A DNA stretch of 64,000 nt from the human T2T-CHM13v2.0 reference genome, Homo sapiens. The DNA lies in assembly GCF_009914755.1 (NCBI RefSeq), contig NC_060937.1; one strand, 5' to 3'. Positions 1 through 14,146 of the stretch are shown here, in pieces. Both the position numbers and the translations under genes were made by a program. Numbering within the stretch: the stretch's first letter is position 1; each line of letters opens with the position of its first letter. The notes under the pieces are model-generated. The model searched no databases. It was given only the letters and a program-made list of their open reading frames with translations, and was not told the origin of the DNA.

Positions 1-984
1 TTATATTCTGTACATAATATATCAAAGTACATCAAATATATATTATATACGGTACATAAAATATCAAATTACCCAAAATATGCATTATTTACTGTACATA
101 AAATATGAAAGTAACCAAACATTTATAATAAACTGTACATAAATTATCAAAGTACTCAATCTACATATTATATACAGTATATAAAATATCAAAGTACACA
201 AACTGTATATTATATACTGTACATAATATGAAAAAGTACCCAGAATATATAGCATACTGTACATACAATATCAAAGTACCCAGAATGTATATTGTATACT
301 GTACATAAAATATGAAGGTACATCAAAGATATATTATATTCTGTACATAAAATATCAAAGTACACCAAATATATATTATATGCTGTACATAATATATGAA
401 AGTTGCCCATGTATACATTTTATACTGTACATAAAATATGAAGGTACATCAAATATATAGTATATGCTGCACATAAAATATCAAAGTACCCAAAGTATGT
501 ATTATATACTGTACATAAAATATCAAAGTACCAAAAGTATATATTACCTACTGTAAATAAAATATGAAGATACCTCAAATATATATTATATTCTGTACAT
601 GAAATATCAAAGTACACCAAGTATATACTATATACTCTACATAAAATATTAAATTACCCAAAATATGTATTGTATTGTGTACATAAAATATGAAAGTAAC
701 CAAACATTTATAATAAACTGTACATAAAATATCAAAGTACTCAAACTGTATATTATATACTGTACATAAAGTATCAAAGTACCCAAACTGTGTAGTATAT
801 ACTGTACATAAAATATCAAGGTACCCAAAATGTATATTGTAAACTGTAGATAAAATATCAAAGTACCCAAAATATATATTATATACTGTACATAAAATAT
901 GAAGGCACATCCAATATATATTATATTCTGTACATAAAATATCAAAGTACACCAAATGTATATTATATACTGTACATAAAATAT

Positions 985-1278
985 AAAACTACCCCAAATA
1001 TATCTTATATACTCTACATAAAATATCAAAGTACCCAAAATATATATTATATACTGTACATAATATATCAAAGTACCCATAGTATGTATTATATCCTGTA
1101 CATAAAATATGAAAGTACGTCAAATATATATTCTATTCTGCACATAAAATATCATATTGCACCAAATATATATTGTATACTGTATATAAAATATGAAGGT
1201 ACTTCAAATATATATTATATGCTGCACATAAAATATCAAAGTACCCAAAGTATGCATTATATACTGTACATAAAATAT
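985..1278 (+). repeat. 294-bp (7-monomer) block specific to long-form HOR units; further copies start at about 5337, 8651, 16221, 22008, 27029, 50180, 56510, 62840
   Basis: Diagnostic monomers aaaactacccc, cccatagtatg..atcctg, gtacgtc/gtacatc..ttctattctgcac and atcatattgcacc lie between the gtacaccaaatg and cccaaagtg monomers, which are directly adjacent in 3013-bp units. Confidence 0.88.
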
Positions 1279-4143
1279 CAAAGTACCCAAAATGTATATT
1301 ATATACTGTACATAAAATATGAAGGTTCATCAAATATATTTTATATTCTGCACATAATATATGAAAGTACAGCAAATATATATTATATACTGTACATAAA
1401 ATAACAAAGTACCAAAAATATGTATTATATACTGTACATAAAATATGAAAGTAACCAAATATTTATAATAAACTGTATATAAAATATCAAAGTACTCAAA
1501 CAACATATTATATACAGTATATAAAATATCAAAGTACCCAAACTGTATATTATATACTGTACATACTATATCAAAGTACCCGAATATATAGCATACTGTA
1601 CATAAAATATCAAAGTACCCAAAATATATATTGTATACTGTACATAAAATGTGAAGGTACATTAAAGATATATTATATTCTGTACATAAAATATCAAATT
1701 ACACCAAATATATATTATATGCTGTACATAATATATTAAAGTCAACCAAATATATATTATATACTGTACATAAAATATGAAGATACATCAAATATATATT
1801 ATATGCTGCACATAAAATATCAAAGTATCCAAAGTATGTATTATACACTGTACATAAAATATCAAAATACCAAAAGTATATATTACATACTGTAAATAAA
1901 ATATGAAGGTACCACATATATATATTATATTCTGTACATAAAATATCAAAGTACACCAAGTATATACTATATACTCTGCATAAAATATTAAATTACCCAA
2001 AATATGTATTGTATTGTGTACATAAAATATGAAAGTAACCAAACATTTATAATAAACTGTACATAAAATATCAAAGTACTCAAACTGTATATTATATACT
2101 GTACATAAAGTATCAAAGTACCCAAACTGTGTAGTATATACTGTACAAAAAATATCAAGGTACCCAAAATATATATTGTAAACTGTAGATAAAATATCAA
2201 AATACCCAAAATATATATTATATACTGTACATAAAATATGAAGTCACATCCAATATATATTATATTCTGTACATAAAATATCAAAGTACACCAAATGTAT
2301 ATTATACACTGTACATAAAATATCAAAGTACCCAAAGTGTATATTATATACTGTACATAAAATATGAAGGTTCATCAAACATATTTTATATTCTCCACAT
2401 AATATATCAAAGTACAGCAAATATATATTATATACTGTACATAAAATATCAAAGTACCCAGAATATGTATTATATACTGTACATAAAATATGAAAGTAAG
2501 CAAACATTTGTAATAAAATGTACATAAAGTAACAAAGTACTCAAACTACATATTATATACAGTATATAAAATGTCAAAGTACCCAAACTGTATATTATAT
2601 ACTGTACATAATATATCAAAGTACCCGAATATATAGCATACTGTACATAAAATATCAAAGTACCCAAAGTGTGTATTATACACTGCACATAAAATATGAA
2701 GGTACATAAAATATATATTGTATTCTGTACATAAAATATCAAAGTACTCCAAATATATATTATATGCTGTACATAATATATTAAAGTCGCCCAAATATAT
2801 ATTATATACTGTACATAAAATATGAAGGTACATCAAATATATATTATATGCTGCACATAAAATATCAAAGTACCCAAAGTATGTGTTATATACTGTACAT
2901 AAAATATCAAAGTACCCAAAGTATATATTATATACTGTACATAAAATATAAAATACCCCAAATATATATTATATGCTCTACATAAAATATCAAAGTACAC
3001 AAAATATGTATTATATACTGTACATAAAATACCAAAGGACCCAAAATATATATTATATACTGTACATAAAATATCAAAATACCCAAAATATATATTATAT
3101 ACTGTACATAAAATACCAAAGTACCCAAAGTATATATTATATACCGTACAAAAAATATCAAAGTAGCCAAAATATGTATTATACACTGTATATAATATAT
3201 GAAAGTACCCAAACATTTATAATAAACTGTACATAAAATATCAATGTACTCAAACTATATATTATGTGCGCTACATAAGATATCAAAGTACCCATACTAT
3301 ATAGTATATACTGTACTTAAAATATCAAAATACCCAAAATATATATTATATACGTTACATAAACTATCAAATACACAAAGTATGTATTATATACTGTACA
3401 TAAAGTAGCAAAGTTCCCAAAATATGTATTACATACTGTACATAAAATATGAAAGTACCCAACCATTTATAATAAACTCTACATAAAATACCAAAGTACC
3501 CAAACTGTGTATTATATACTGTCCATAAAATATAAAAGTACCCAAAATATATATTGTAAACTCTACATAAAATATCAAAGTAGCCAAAATACATATTGTA
3601 TACTGTACATAAAATATAAAAGTACCCCAAATATATATTATATACTGTACATAAAATATCAAAGTACCCATAATACATATTATAGACTGTACATAAAATA
3701 TCAAAGGACCCAAAATAAACATTATATACTGTACATAAAATATCCAAATACTCAAAATATATATTACATACTGTACATAAAATATCAAAGTACCCAAATT
3801 ATGTATTATATACTGTACGTAAAATATGAGAGTACCCAAAATATGCGTTATATACTGTACATAAAATATGAAAGTAACAAAACATTTATAATAAACTGTA
3901 CATAAAATATCAAAGTACTCAAACTATATATCATATACTGTACATAAAATATCAAAGTACCCAAACTGTGTATTACTACATACTGTATATAAAATATCAA
4001 AGTACCTGAAATATATATTTTATACTGTACATAAAATATCAAAGTACCCAAAATATATACTATATACTGTACATAAAATATGAAGGTACATCAAATATAT
4101 ATTATATCCTGTACATAAAATATCAAAGTACTCCTATTATATA

Positions 4144-7100
4144 TTGTGTACTGTACATAATATATTAAATCGCCCAAATATATATTGTATACTGTATATA
4201 AAATATGAAGGTACTTCAAATATATATTATATGCTGCACATAAAATATCAAAGTACCCAAAGTATGCATTACATACTGTACATAAAATATCAAAGTACAC
4301 AAATTATATATTATATTCTGTACATAAAATATGTAGGTTCATCAAATATATTTTATATTCTGTACATAATATATCAAAGTACATCAAATATATATTATAT
4401 ACGGTACATAAAATATCAAAGTACCCAAAATATGTACAATTTACTGTACCTAAAATATGAAAGTAACCAAACTTTTATAATAAACTGTACATAAAATATC
4501 AAAGTACTCAATCTACATATTATATACAGTATATAAAATATCAAAGTACACAAACTGTATATTATATACTGTACATAATATATCAAAGTACCCAGAATAT
4601 ATAGCATACTGTACATACAATATCAAAGTACCCAGAATGTATATTGTATACTGTACATAAAATATGAAGGTACATCAAAGATATATTATATTCTGTACAT
4701 AAAATATCAAAGTACACCAAATATATATTATATGCTGTACATAATATATTAAAGTTGCCCATGTATACATTTTATACTGTACATAAAATATGAAGGTACA
4801 TCAAATATATAGTATATGCTGCACATAAAATATCAAAGTACCCAAAGTATGTATTATATACTGTACATAAAATATCAAAGTACCAAAAGTATATATTACC
4901 TACTGTAAATAAAATATGAAGATACCTCAAATATATATTATATTCTGTACATGAAATATCAAAGTACACCAAGTATATACTATATACTCTACATAAAATA
5001 TTAAATTACCCAAAATATGTATTGTATTGTGTACATAAAATATGAAAGTAACCAAACATTTATAATAAACTGTACATAAAATATCAAAGTACTCAAACTT
5101 TATATTATATACTGTACATAAAGTATCAAAGTACCCAAACTGTGTAGTATATACTGTACATAAAATATCAAGGTACCCAATATGTATATTGTAAACTGTA
5201 GATAAAATATCAAAGTACCCAAAATATATATTATATACTGTACATAAAATATGAAGGCACATCCAATATATATTATATTCTGTACATAAAATATCAAAGT
5301 ACACCAAATGTATATTATATACTGTACATAAAATAAAAAACTACCCCAAATATATATTATATACTCTACATAAAATATCAAAGTACCCAAAATATATATT
5401 ATATACTGTACATAATATATCAAAGTACCCATAGTATGTATTATATCCTGTACATAAAATATGAAAGTACGTCAAATATATATTCTATTCTGCACATAAA
5501 ATATCATATTGCACCAAATATATATTGTATACTGTATATAAAATATGAAGGTACTTCAAATATATATTATATGCTGCACATAAAATATCAAAGTACCCAA
5601 AGTATGCATTATATACTGTACATAAAATATCAAAGTACCCAAAGTGTATATTATATATTGTACATAAAATATGAAATTTCATCAAATATATTTTATATTC
5701 TGCACATAATATATCAAAGTACAGCAAATATATATTATATACTGTACATAAAATAACAAAGTAACAAAAATATGTATTATATACTGTACATAAAATATGA
5801 AAGTAACCAAATATTTATAAAAAACTGTATATAAAATATCAAAGTACTCAAACTACATATTATATACAGTATATAAAATATCAAAGTACCCAAACTATAT
5901 ATTATATACTGTACATACTATATCAGATTACCCGAATATATAGCATACTGTACATAAAATATCAAATTACCCAAAATATATATTGTATACTGTACATAAA
6001 ATATGAAGGTACATCAAAGATATATTATATTCTGTACATAAAATATCAAAGTACACCAAATATATATTATATGCTGTACAGAATATATTAAAGTCGACCA
6101 AATGTATATTATATACTGTACATAAAATATGAAGGTACATCAAATATATATTATATGCTGCACATAAAATATCAAAGTACCCAAAGTATGTGTTATATAC
6201 TGTACATAAAATATCAAAGTACCCAAAGTATATATTATATACTGTACATAAAATATAAAATACCCCAAATATATATTATATGCTGTACATAAAATATCAA
6301 AGTACACAAAATATGTATTATGTACTGTACATAAATTATCAAAGGACCCAAAATATATATTATATAGTGTACATAAAATATCAAAATACCCAAAATATAT
6401 ATTATATACTGTACATAAAATACCAAAGTACCCAAAGTATATATTATATACTGTATAAAAAATACCAAAGTAGCCAAAATATGTATTATACACTGTACAT
6501 AATATATGAAAGTACCCAAACATTTATAATAAACTGTACATAAAATATCAATGTACTCAAACTATATATTATGTGCGGTACTTAAGATATCAAAGTACCC
6601 ATACTATATAGTATGTACTGTACTTAAAATATCAAAATACCCAAAATATATATTATATACGTTACATAAACTATCAAATACACAAAGTATGTATTACATA
6701 CTGTACATAAAATAACAAAGTTCCCAAAATATGTATTATATATATTATAAATATGTACATAAAATATGAAAGTACCCAACCATTTATAATAAACTCTACA
6801 TAAAACACCAAAGTACCCAAACTGTGTATTATATTCTGTCCATAAAATATCAAAGTGCCCAAAATATATATCGTAAACTCTACATAAAATATCAAAGTAG
6901 CCAAAATACATATTGTATACTGTACATAAAATATAAAAGTACCCCAAATATATATTATATACTGTACATAAAATATCAAAGTACCCATAATACATATTAT
7001 ATACTGTACATAAAATATAAAAGGACCCAAAATAAACATTATATACTGTACATAAAATATCCAAATACTCAAAATATATATTACATACTGTACATAAAAT

Positions 7101-10100
7101 ATCAAAGTACCCAAATTATGTATTATATACTGTACGTAAAATATCAGAGTACCCAAAATATGCATTATATACTGTACATAAAATATGAAAGTAACAAAAC
7201 ATTTATAATAAACTGTACATAAAATATCAAAGTACTCAAACTATATATCATATACTGTACATAAAATATCAAAGTACCCAAACTGTGTATTATTACATAC
7301 TGTATATAAAATATCAAAGTACCTGAAATATATATTGTATACTGTACATAAAATATCAAAGTACCCAAAATATATACTATATACTGTACATAAAATATGA
7401 AGGTACATCAAATATATATTATATCCTGTACATAAAATATCAAAGTACTCCTATTATATATTGTGTACTGTACATAATATATTAAATCGCCCAAATATAT
7501 ATTGTATACTGTATATGAAATATGAAGGTACTTCAAATATATATTATATGCTGCACATAAAATATCAAAGTACCCAAAGTATGCATTACATACTGTACAT
7601 AAAATATCAAAGTACACAAATTATATATTATATTCTGTACACAAAATATGTAGGTTCATCAAATATATTTTATATTCTGTACATAATATATCAAAGTACA
7701 TCAAATATATATTATATACGGTACATAAAATATCAAAGTACCCAAAATATGTACTATTTACTGTACATAAAATATGAAAGTAACCAAACATTTATAATAA
7801 ACTGTACATAAAATATCAAAGTACTCAATCTACATATTATATACAGTATATAAAATATCAAAGTACACAAACTGTATATTATATACTGTACATAATATAT
7901 CAAAGTACCCAGAATATATAGCATACTGTACATACAATATCAAAGTACCCAGAATGTATATTGTATACTGTACATAAAATATGAAGGTACATCAAAGATT
8001 TATATTCTGTACATAAAATATCAAAGTACACCAAATATATATTATATGCTGTACATAATATATTAAAGTTGCCCATGTATACATTTTATACTGTACATAA
8101 AATATGAAGGTACATCAAATATATAGTATATGCTGCACATAAAATATCAAAGTACCCAAAGTATGTATTATATACTGTACATAAAATATCAAAGTACCAA
8201 AAGTATATATTACCTACTGTAAATAAAATATGAAGATACCTCAAATATATATTATATTCTGTACATGAAATATCAAAGTACACCAAGTATATACTATATA
8301 CTCTACATAAAATATTAAATTACCCACAATATGTATTGTATTGTGTACATAAAATATGAAAGTAACCAAACATTTATAATAAACGGTACATAAAATATCA
8401 AAGTACTCAAACTTTATATTATATACTGTACATAAAGTATCAAAGTACCCAAACTGTGTAGTATATACTGTACATAAAATATCAAGGTACCCAAAATGTA
8501 TATTGTAAACTGTAGATAAAATATCAAAGTACCCAAAATATATATTATATACTGTACATAAAATATGAAGGCACATCCAATATATATTATATTCTGTACA
8601 TAAAATATCAAAGTACACCAAATGTATATTATATACTGTACATAAAATATAAAACTACCCCAAATATATCTTATATACGCTACATAAAATATCAAAGTAC
8701 CCAAAATATATATTATATACTGTACATAATATATCAAAGTACCCATAGTATGTATTATATCCTGTACATAAAATATGAAAGTACGTCAAATATATATTCT
8801 ATTCTGCACATAAAATATCATATTGCACCAAATATATATTGTATACTGTATATAAAATATGAAGGTACTTCAAATATATATTATATGCTGCACATAAAAT
8901 ATCAAAGTACCCAAAGTATGCATTATATACTGTACATAAAATATCAAAGTACCCAAAGTGTATATTATATACTGTACATAAAATATGAAGGTTCATCAAA
9001 TATATTTTATATTATGCACATAATATATCAAAGTACAGCAAATATATATTATATACTGTACATAAAATAACAAAGTACCAAAAATATGTATTATATACTG
9101 TACATAAAATATGAAAGTAACCAAATATTTATAATAAACTGTATATAAAATATCAAAGTACTCAAACTACATATTATATACAGTATATAAAATATCAAAG
9201 TACCCAAACTATATATTACATACTGTACATACTATATCAAAGTACCCGAATATATAGCATACTGTACATAAAATATCAAATTACCCAAAATATATATTGT
9301 ATACTGTACATAAAATATGAAGGTACATCAAAGATATATTATATTCTGTACATAAAATATCAAACTACACCAAATATATATTATATGCTGTACAGAATAT
9401 ATTAAAGTCGACCAAATGTATATTATATACTGTACATAAAATATGAAGGTACATCAAATATATATTATATGCTGCACATAAAATATCAAAGTACCCAAAG
9501 TATGTGTTATATACTGTACATAAAATATCAAAGTACCCAAAGTATATATTATATACTGTACATAAAATATAAAATACCCCAAATATATATTATATGCTGT
9601 ACATAAAATATCAAAGTACACAAAATATGCATTATGTACTGTACATAAATTATCAAAGGACCCAAAATATATATTATATAATGTACATAAAATATCAAAA
9701 TACCCAAAATATATATTATATAACGTACATAAAATACCAAAGTACCCAAAGTATATATTATATACTGTATAAAAAATATCAAAGTAGCCAAAATATGTAT
9801 TATACACTGTACATAATATATGAAAGTACCCAAACATTTATAATAAACTGTACATAAAATATCAATGTACTCAAACTATATATTATGTGCGCTACATAAG
9901 ATATCAAAGTACCCATACTATATAGTATGTACTGTACTTAAAATATCAAAATACCCAAAATATATATTATATACGTTACATAAACTATCAAATACACAAA
10001 GTATGTATTACATACTGTACATAAAATAGCAAAGTTCCCAAAATATGTATTATATACTGGACATAAAATATGAAAGTACCCAACCATTTATAATAAACTC

Positions 10101-10764
10101 TACATAAAATACCAAAGTACCCAAACTGTGTATTATATACTCTCCATAAAATATCAAAGTACCCAAAATATATATTGTCATCTGTACATAAAATATCAAA
10201 GTAGCCAAAATATATATAGTATACCGTACATAAAATATAAAAGTACCCCAAATATGTATTATATACTGTACATAAAATATCAAAGTACCGATAATACATA
10301 TTATATACTGTACATAAAATATCAGAGGACCCAAAATAAACATTATATACTGTACATAAAATATCCAAATACTCAAAATATATATTACATACTGTACATA
10401 AAATATCAAAGTACCCAAATTATGTATTATATACTGTACGTAAAATATCAGAGTACCCAAAATATGCATTATATACTGTACATAAAATATGAAAGTAACA
10501 AAACATTTATAATAAACTGTACATAAAATATCAAAGTACTCAAACTATATATCATATACTGTACATAAAATATCAAAGTACCCAAACTGTGTATTATTAT
10601 ATACTGTATATAAAATATCAAAGTACCTGAAATATATACTGTATACTGTACATAAAATATCAAAGTACCCAAAATATATACTATATACTGTACATAAAAT
10701 ATGAAGGTACATCAAATATATATTATATCCTGTACATAAAATATCAAAGTACACCTATTATATA
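4144..10764 (+). repeat. Two consecutive long-form (79-monomer) HOR units, 3317 and 3304 bp
   Basis: Landmarks 4144, 7461, 10765. 3317 = 3307+10 (insertion at 6743) and 3304 = 3307-3 (deletion near 7999). Both units carry the 294-bp block (5337, 8651). Confidence 0.85.
6743..6753 (+). repeat. Net +10 bp variant monomer (c replaced by tattataaata); also at 20097, 31446, 54599, 60929
   Basis: gttcccaaaatatgtattatata-tattataaata-tgtacat versus the normal gttcccaaaatatgtattatata-c-tgtacat; explains the 3023 and 3317 spacings. Confidence 0.9.
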
Positions 10765-11677
10765 TTGTGTACTGTACATAATATATTAAATCGCCCAAAT
10801 ATATATTGTATACTGTATATAAAATATGAAGGTACTTCAAATATATATTATATGCTGCACATAAAATATCAAAGTACCCAAAGTATGCATTACATACTGT
10901 ACATAAAATATCAAAGTACACATATTATATATTATATAATATACATAAAATATGAAGGTTCATCAAATATATATTATATTCTGTACATAATATATCAAAG
11001 TACATCAAATATATATTATTTACTGTACATAAAATATCAAAGTACCAAAAATATGTATTATATACTCTACATAAAATATGAAAGTAACCAAACATTTATA
11101 ATAAACTGTACATAAAATATCAAAGTACTCAGTCTACATATTATATACAGTATATAAAATATCAAAGTACACACACTGTATATTATATACTGTACATAAT
11201 ATATCAAAATACCCAGAATATATAGCATACTGTACATAAAATATCAAAGTACCCAAAATATATATTGTATACTGTACATAAAATATGAAGGTACATCAAA
11301 GATATATTATATTCTGTACATAAAATATCAAAGTACACCAAATATATATTATATGCTGTACATAATATATTAAAGTTGCCCAAATATACATTCTATACTG
11401 TACATAAAATATGAACGTACATCAAATATATAGTATATGCTGCACATAAAATATCAAAGTACCCAAAGTATGTATTATACACTGTACATAAAATATCAAA
11501 GTACCAAAAGTATATATTACATACTGTAAATAAAATATGAAGGTACCTCAAATATATATTATATTCTGTACATAAAATATCAAAGTACACCAAGTATATA
11601 CTATATACTCTGCATAAAATATTAAATTACCCAAAATATGTATTGTATTGTGTACATAAAATATGAAAGTAACCAAA

Positions 11678-12599
11678 CATTTATAATAAACTGTACATAA
11701 AATTTCAAAGTACTCAAACTGTATATTATATACTGTACATAAAGTATCAAAGTACCCAAACTGTGTAGTATATACTGTACATAAAATATCAAGGTACCCA
11801 AAATATATATTGTAAACTGTAGATAAAATATCAAAATACCCAAAATATATATTATATACTGTACATAAAATATGAAGTCACATCCAATATATATTATATT
11901 CTGAACATAAAATATCAAAGTACACCAAATGTATATTATATACTGTACATAAAATATCAAAGTACCCAAAGTGTATATTATATACTGTACATAAAATATG
12001 AAGGTTCATCAAATATATTTTATATTCTGCACATAATATATCAAAGTACAGCAAATATATATTATATACTGTACATAAAATATCAAAGTACCCAAAATAT
12101 GTATTATATACTGTACATAAAATATGAAAGTAACCAAACATTTATAATAAACTGTACATAAAATATCAAAGTACTCAAACTGTATATTATATACTCTACA
12201 TAAAGTATCAAAGTACCCAAACTGTGTAGTATATACTGTACATAAAATATCAAGGTACCCAAAATATATATTGTAAACTGTAGATAAAATATCAAAGTAC
12301 CCAAAATATATATTATATACTGTACATGAAATATGAAGGCCCCTCCAATATATATTATACTCTGTACATAAAATATCAAAGTACACCAAAAGTATATTAT
12401 ATACTGTACATAAAATATCAAAGTACCCAAAGTGTATATTATATACTGTACATAAACTATGAAGGTTCATCAAATATATTTTATATTCTGCACATAATAT
12501 ATCAAAGTACAGCAAATATATATTATATACTGTACATAAAATATCAAAGTACCCAAATTATGTATTATATACTGTACATAAAATATGAAAGTAAGCAAA
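11678..12599 (+). repeat. Tandem duplication of the 461-bp (11-monomer) HOR segment
   Basis: catttataataaac marker at 11678, 12139, 12600; the monomer series aaactgtgtag / gtaaactgtag / gaaggttcatc / gtacagc appears twice; HOR spacing 3474 = 3013+461. Confidence 0.88.
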
Positions 12600-14146
12600 C
12601 ATTTATAATAAACTGTACATAAAGTATCAAAGTACTCAAACTACATATTATATACAGTATATAAAATATCAAAGTACCCAAACTGTATATTATATAATGT
12701 ACATAATATATCAAAGTACCCGAATATATAGCATACTCTACATAAAATATCAAAGTACCCAAAGTTTGTATTATACACTGCACATAAAATATGGAGGTAC
12801 ATCAAAGATATATTATATTCTGTACATAAAATATCAAAGTACACCAAATATATGTTATATGCTGTACATAATATATTAAAGTCGACCAAATATATATTAT
12901 ATACTGTACATAAAATATGAAGGTACATCAAATATATATTATATGCTGCACATAAAATATCAAAGTACCCAAAGTATGTGTTATATACTGTACATAAAAT
13001 ATCAAAGTACCCAAAGTATATATTATATACTGTACATAAAATATAAAATACCCCAAATATATATTATATGCTCTACATAAAATATCAAAGTACACAAAAT
13101 ATGTATTATATACTGTACATAAAATACCAAAGGACCCAAAATATATATTATATACTGTACATAAAATATCAAAATACCCAAAATATATATTATATACTGT
13201 ACATAAAATACCAAAGTACCCAAAGTATATATTATATACCGTACAAAAAATATCAAAGTAGCCAAAATATGTATTATACACTGTACATAATATATGAAAG
13301 TACCCAAACATTTATAATAAACTGTACATAAAATATCAATGTACTCAAACTATATATTATGTGCGGTACATAAGATATCAAAGTACCCATACTATATAGT
13401 ATATACTGTACTTAAAATATCAAAATACCCAAAATATATATTATATACGTTACATAAACTATCAAATACACAAAGTATGTATTATATACTGTACATAAAA
13501 TAGCAAAGTTCCCAAAATATGTATTATATACTGTACATAAAATATGAAAGTACCCAACCATTTATAATAAAGTCTACATAAAATACCAAAGTACCCAAAC
13601 TGTGTATTATATACTGTCCATAAAATATCAAAGGACCCAAAATATATATTGTAAACTCTACATAAAATATCAAAGTAGCCAAAATACATATTGTATACTG
13701 TACATAAAATATAAAAGTACCCCAAATATATATTACATACTGTACATAAAATATCAAAGTACCCATAATACATATTATACACTGTACATAAAATATCAAA
13801 GGACCCAAAATAAACATTATATACTGTACATAAAATATCCAAATACTCAAAATATATATTACATACTGTACATAAAATATCAAAGTACCCAAATTATGTA
13901 TTATACACTGTACGTAAAATATCAGAGTACCCAAAATATGCATTATATACTGTACATAAAATATGAAAGTAACAAAACATTTATAATAAACTGTACATAA
14001 AATATCAAAGTACTCAAACTATATATCATATACTCTACATAAAATATCAAAGTACCCAAACTGTGTATTATTATATACTGTATATAAAATATCAAAGTAC
14101 CTGAAATATATACTGTATACTGTACATAAAATATCAAAGTACCCAA

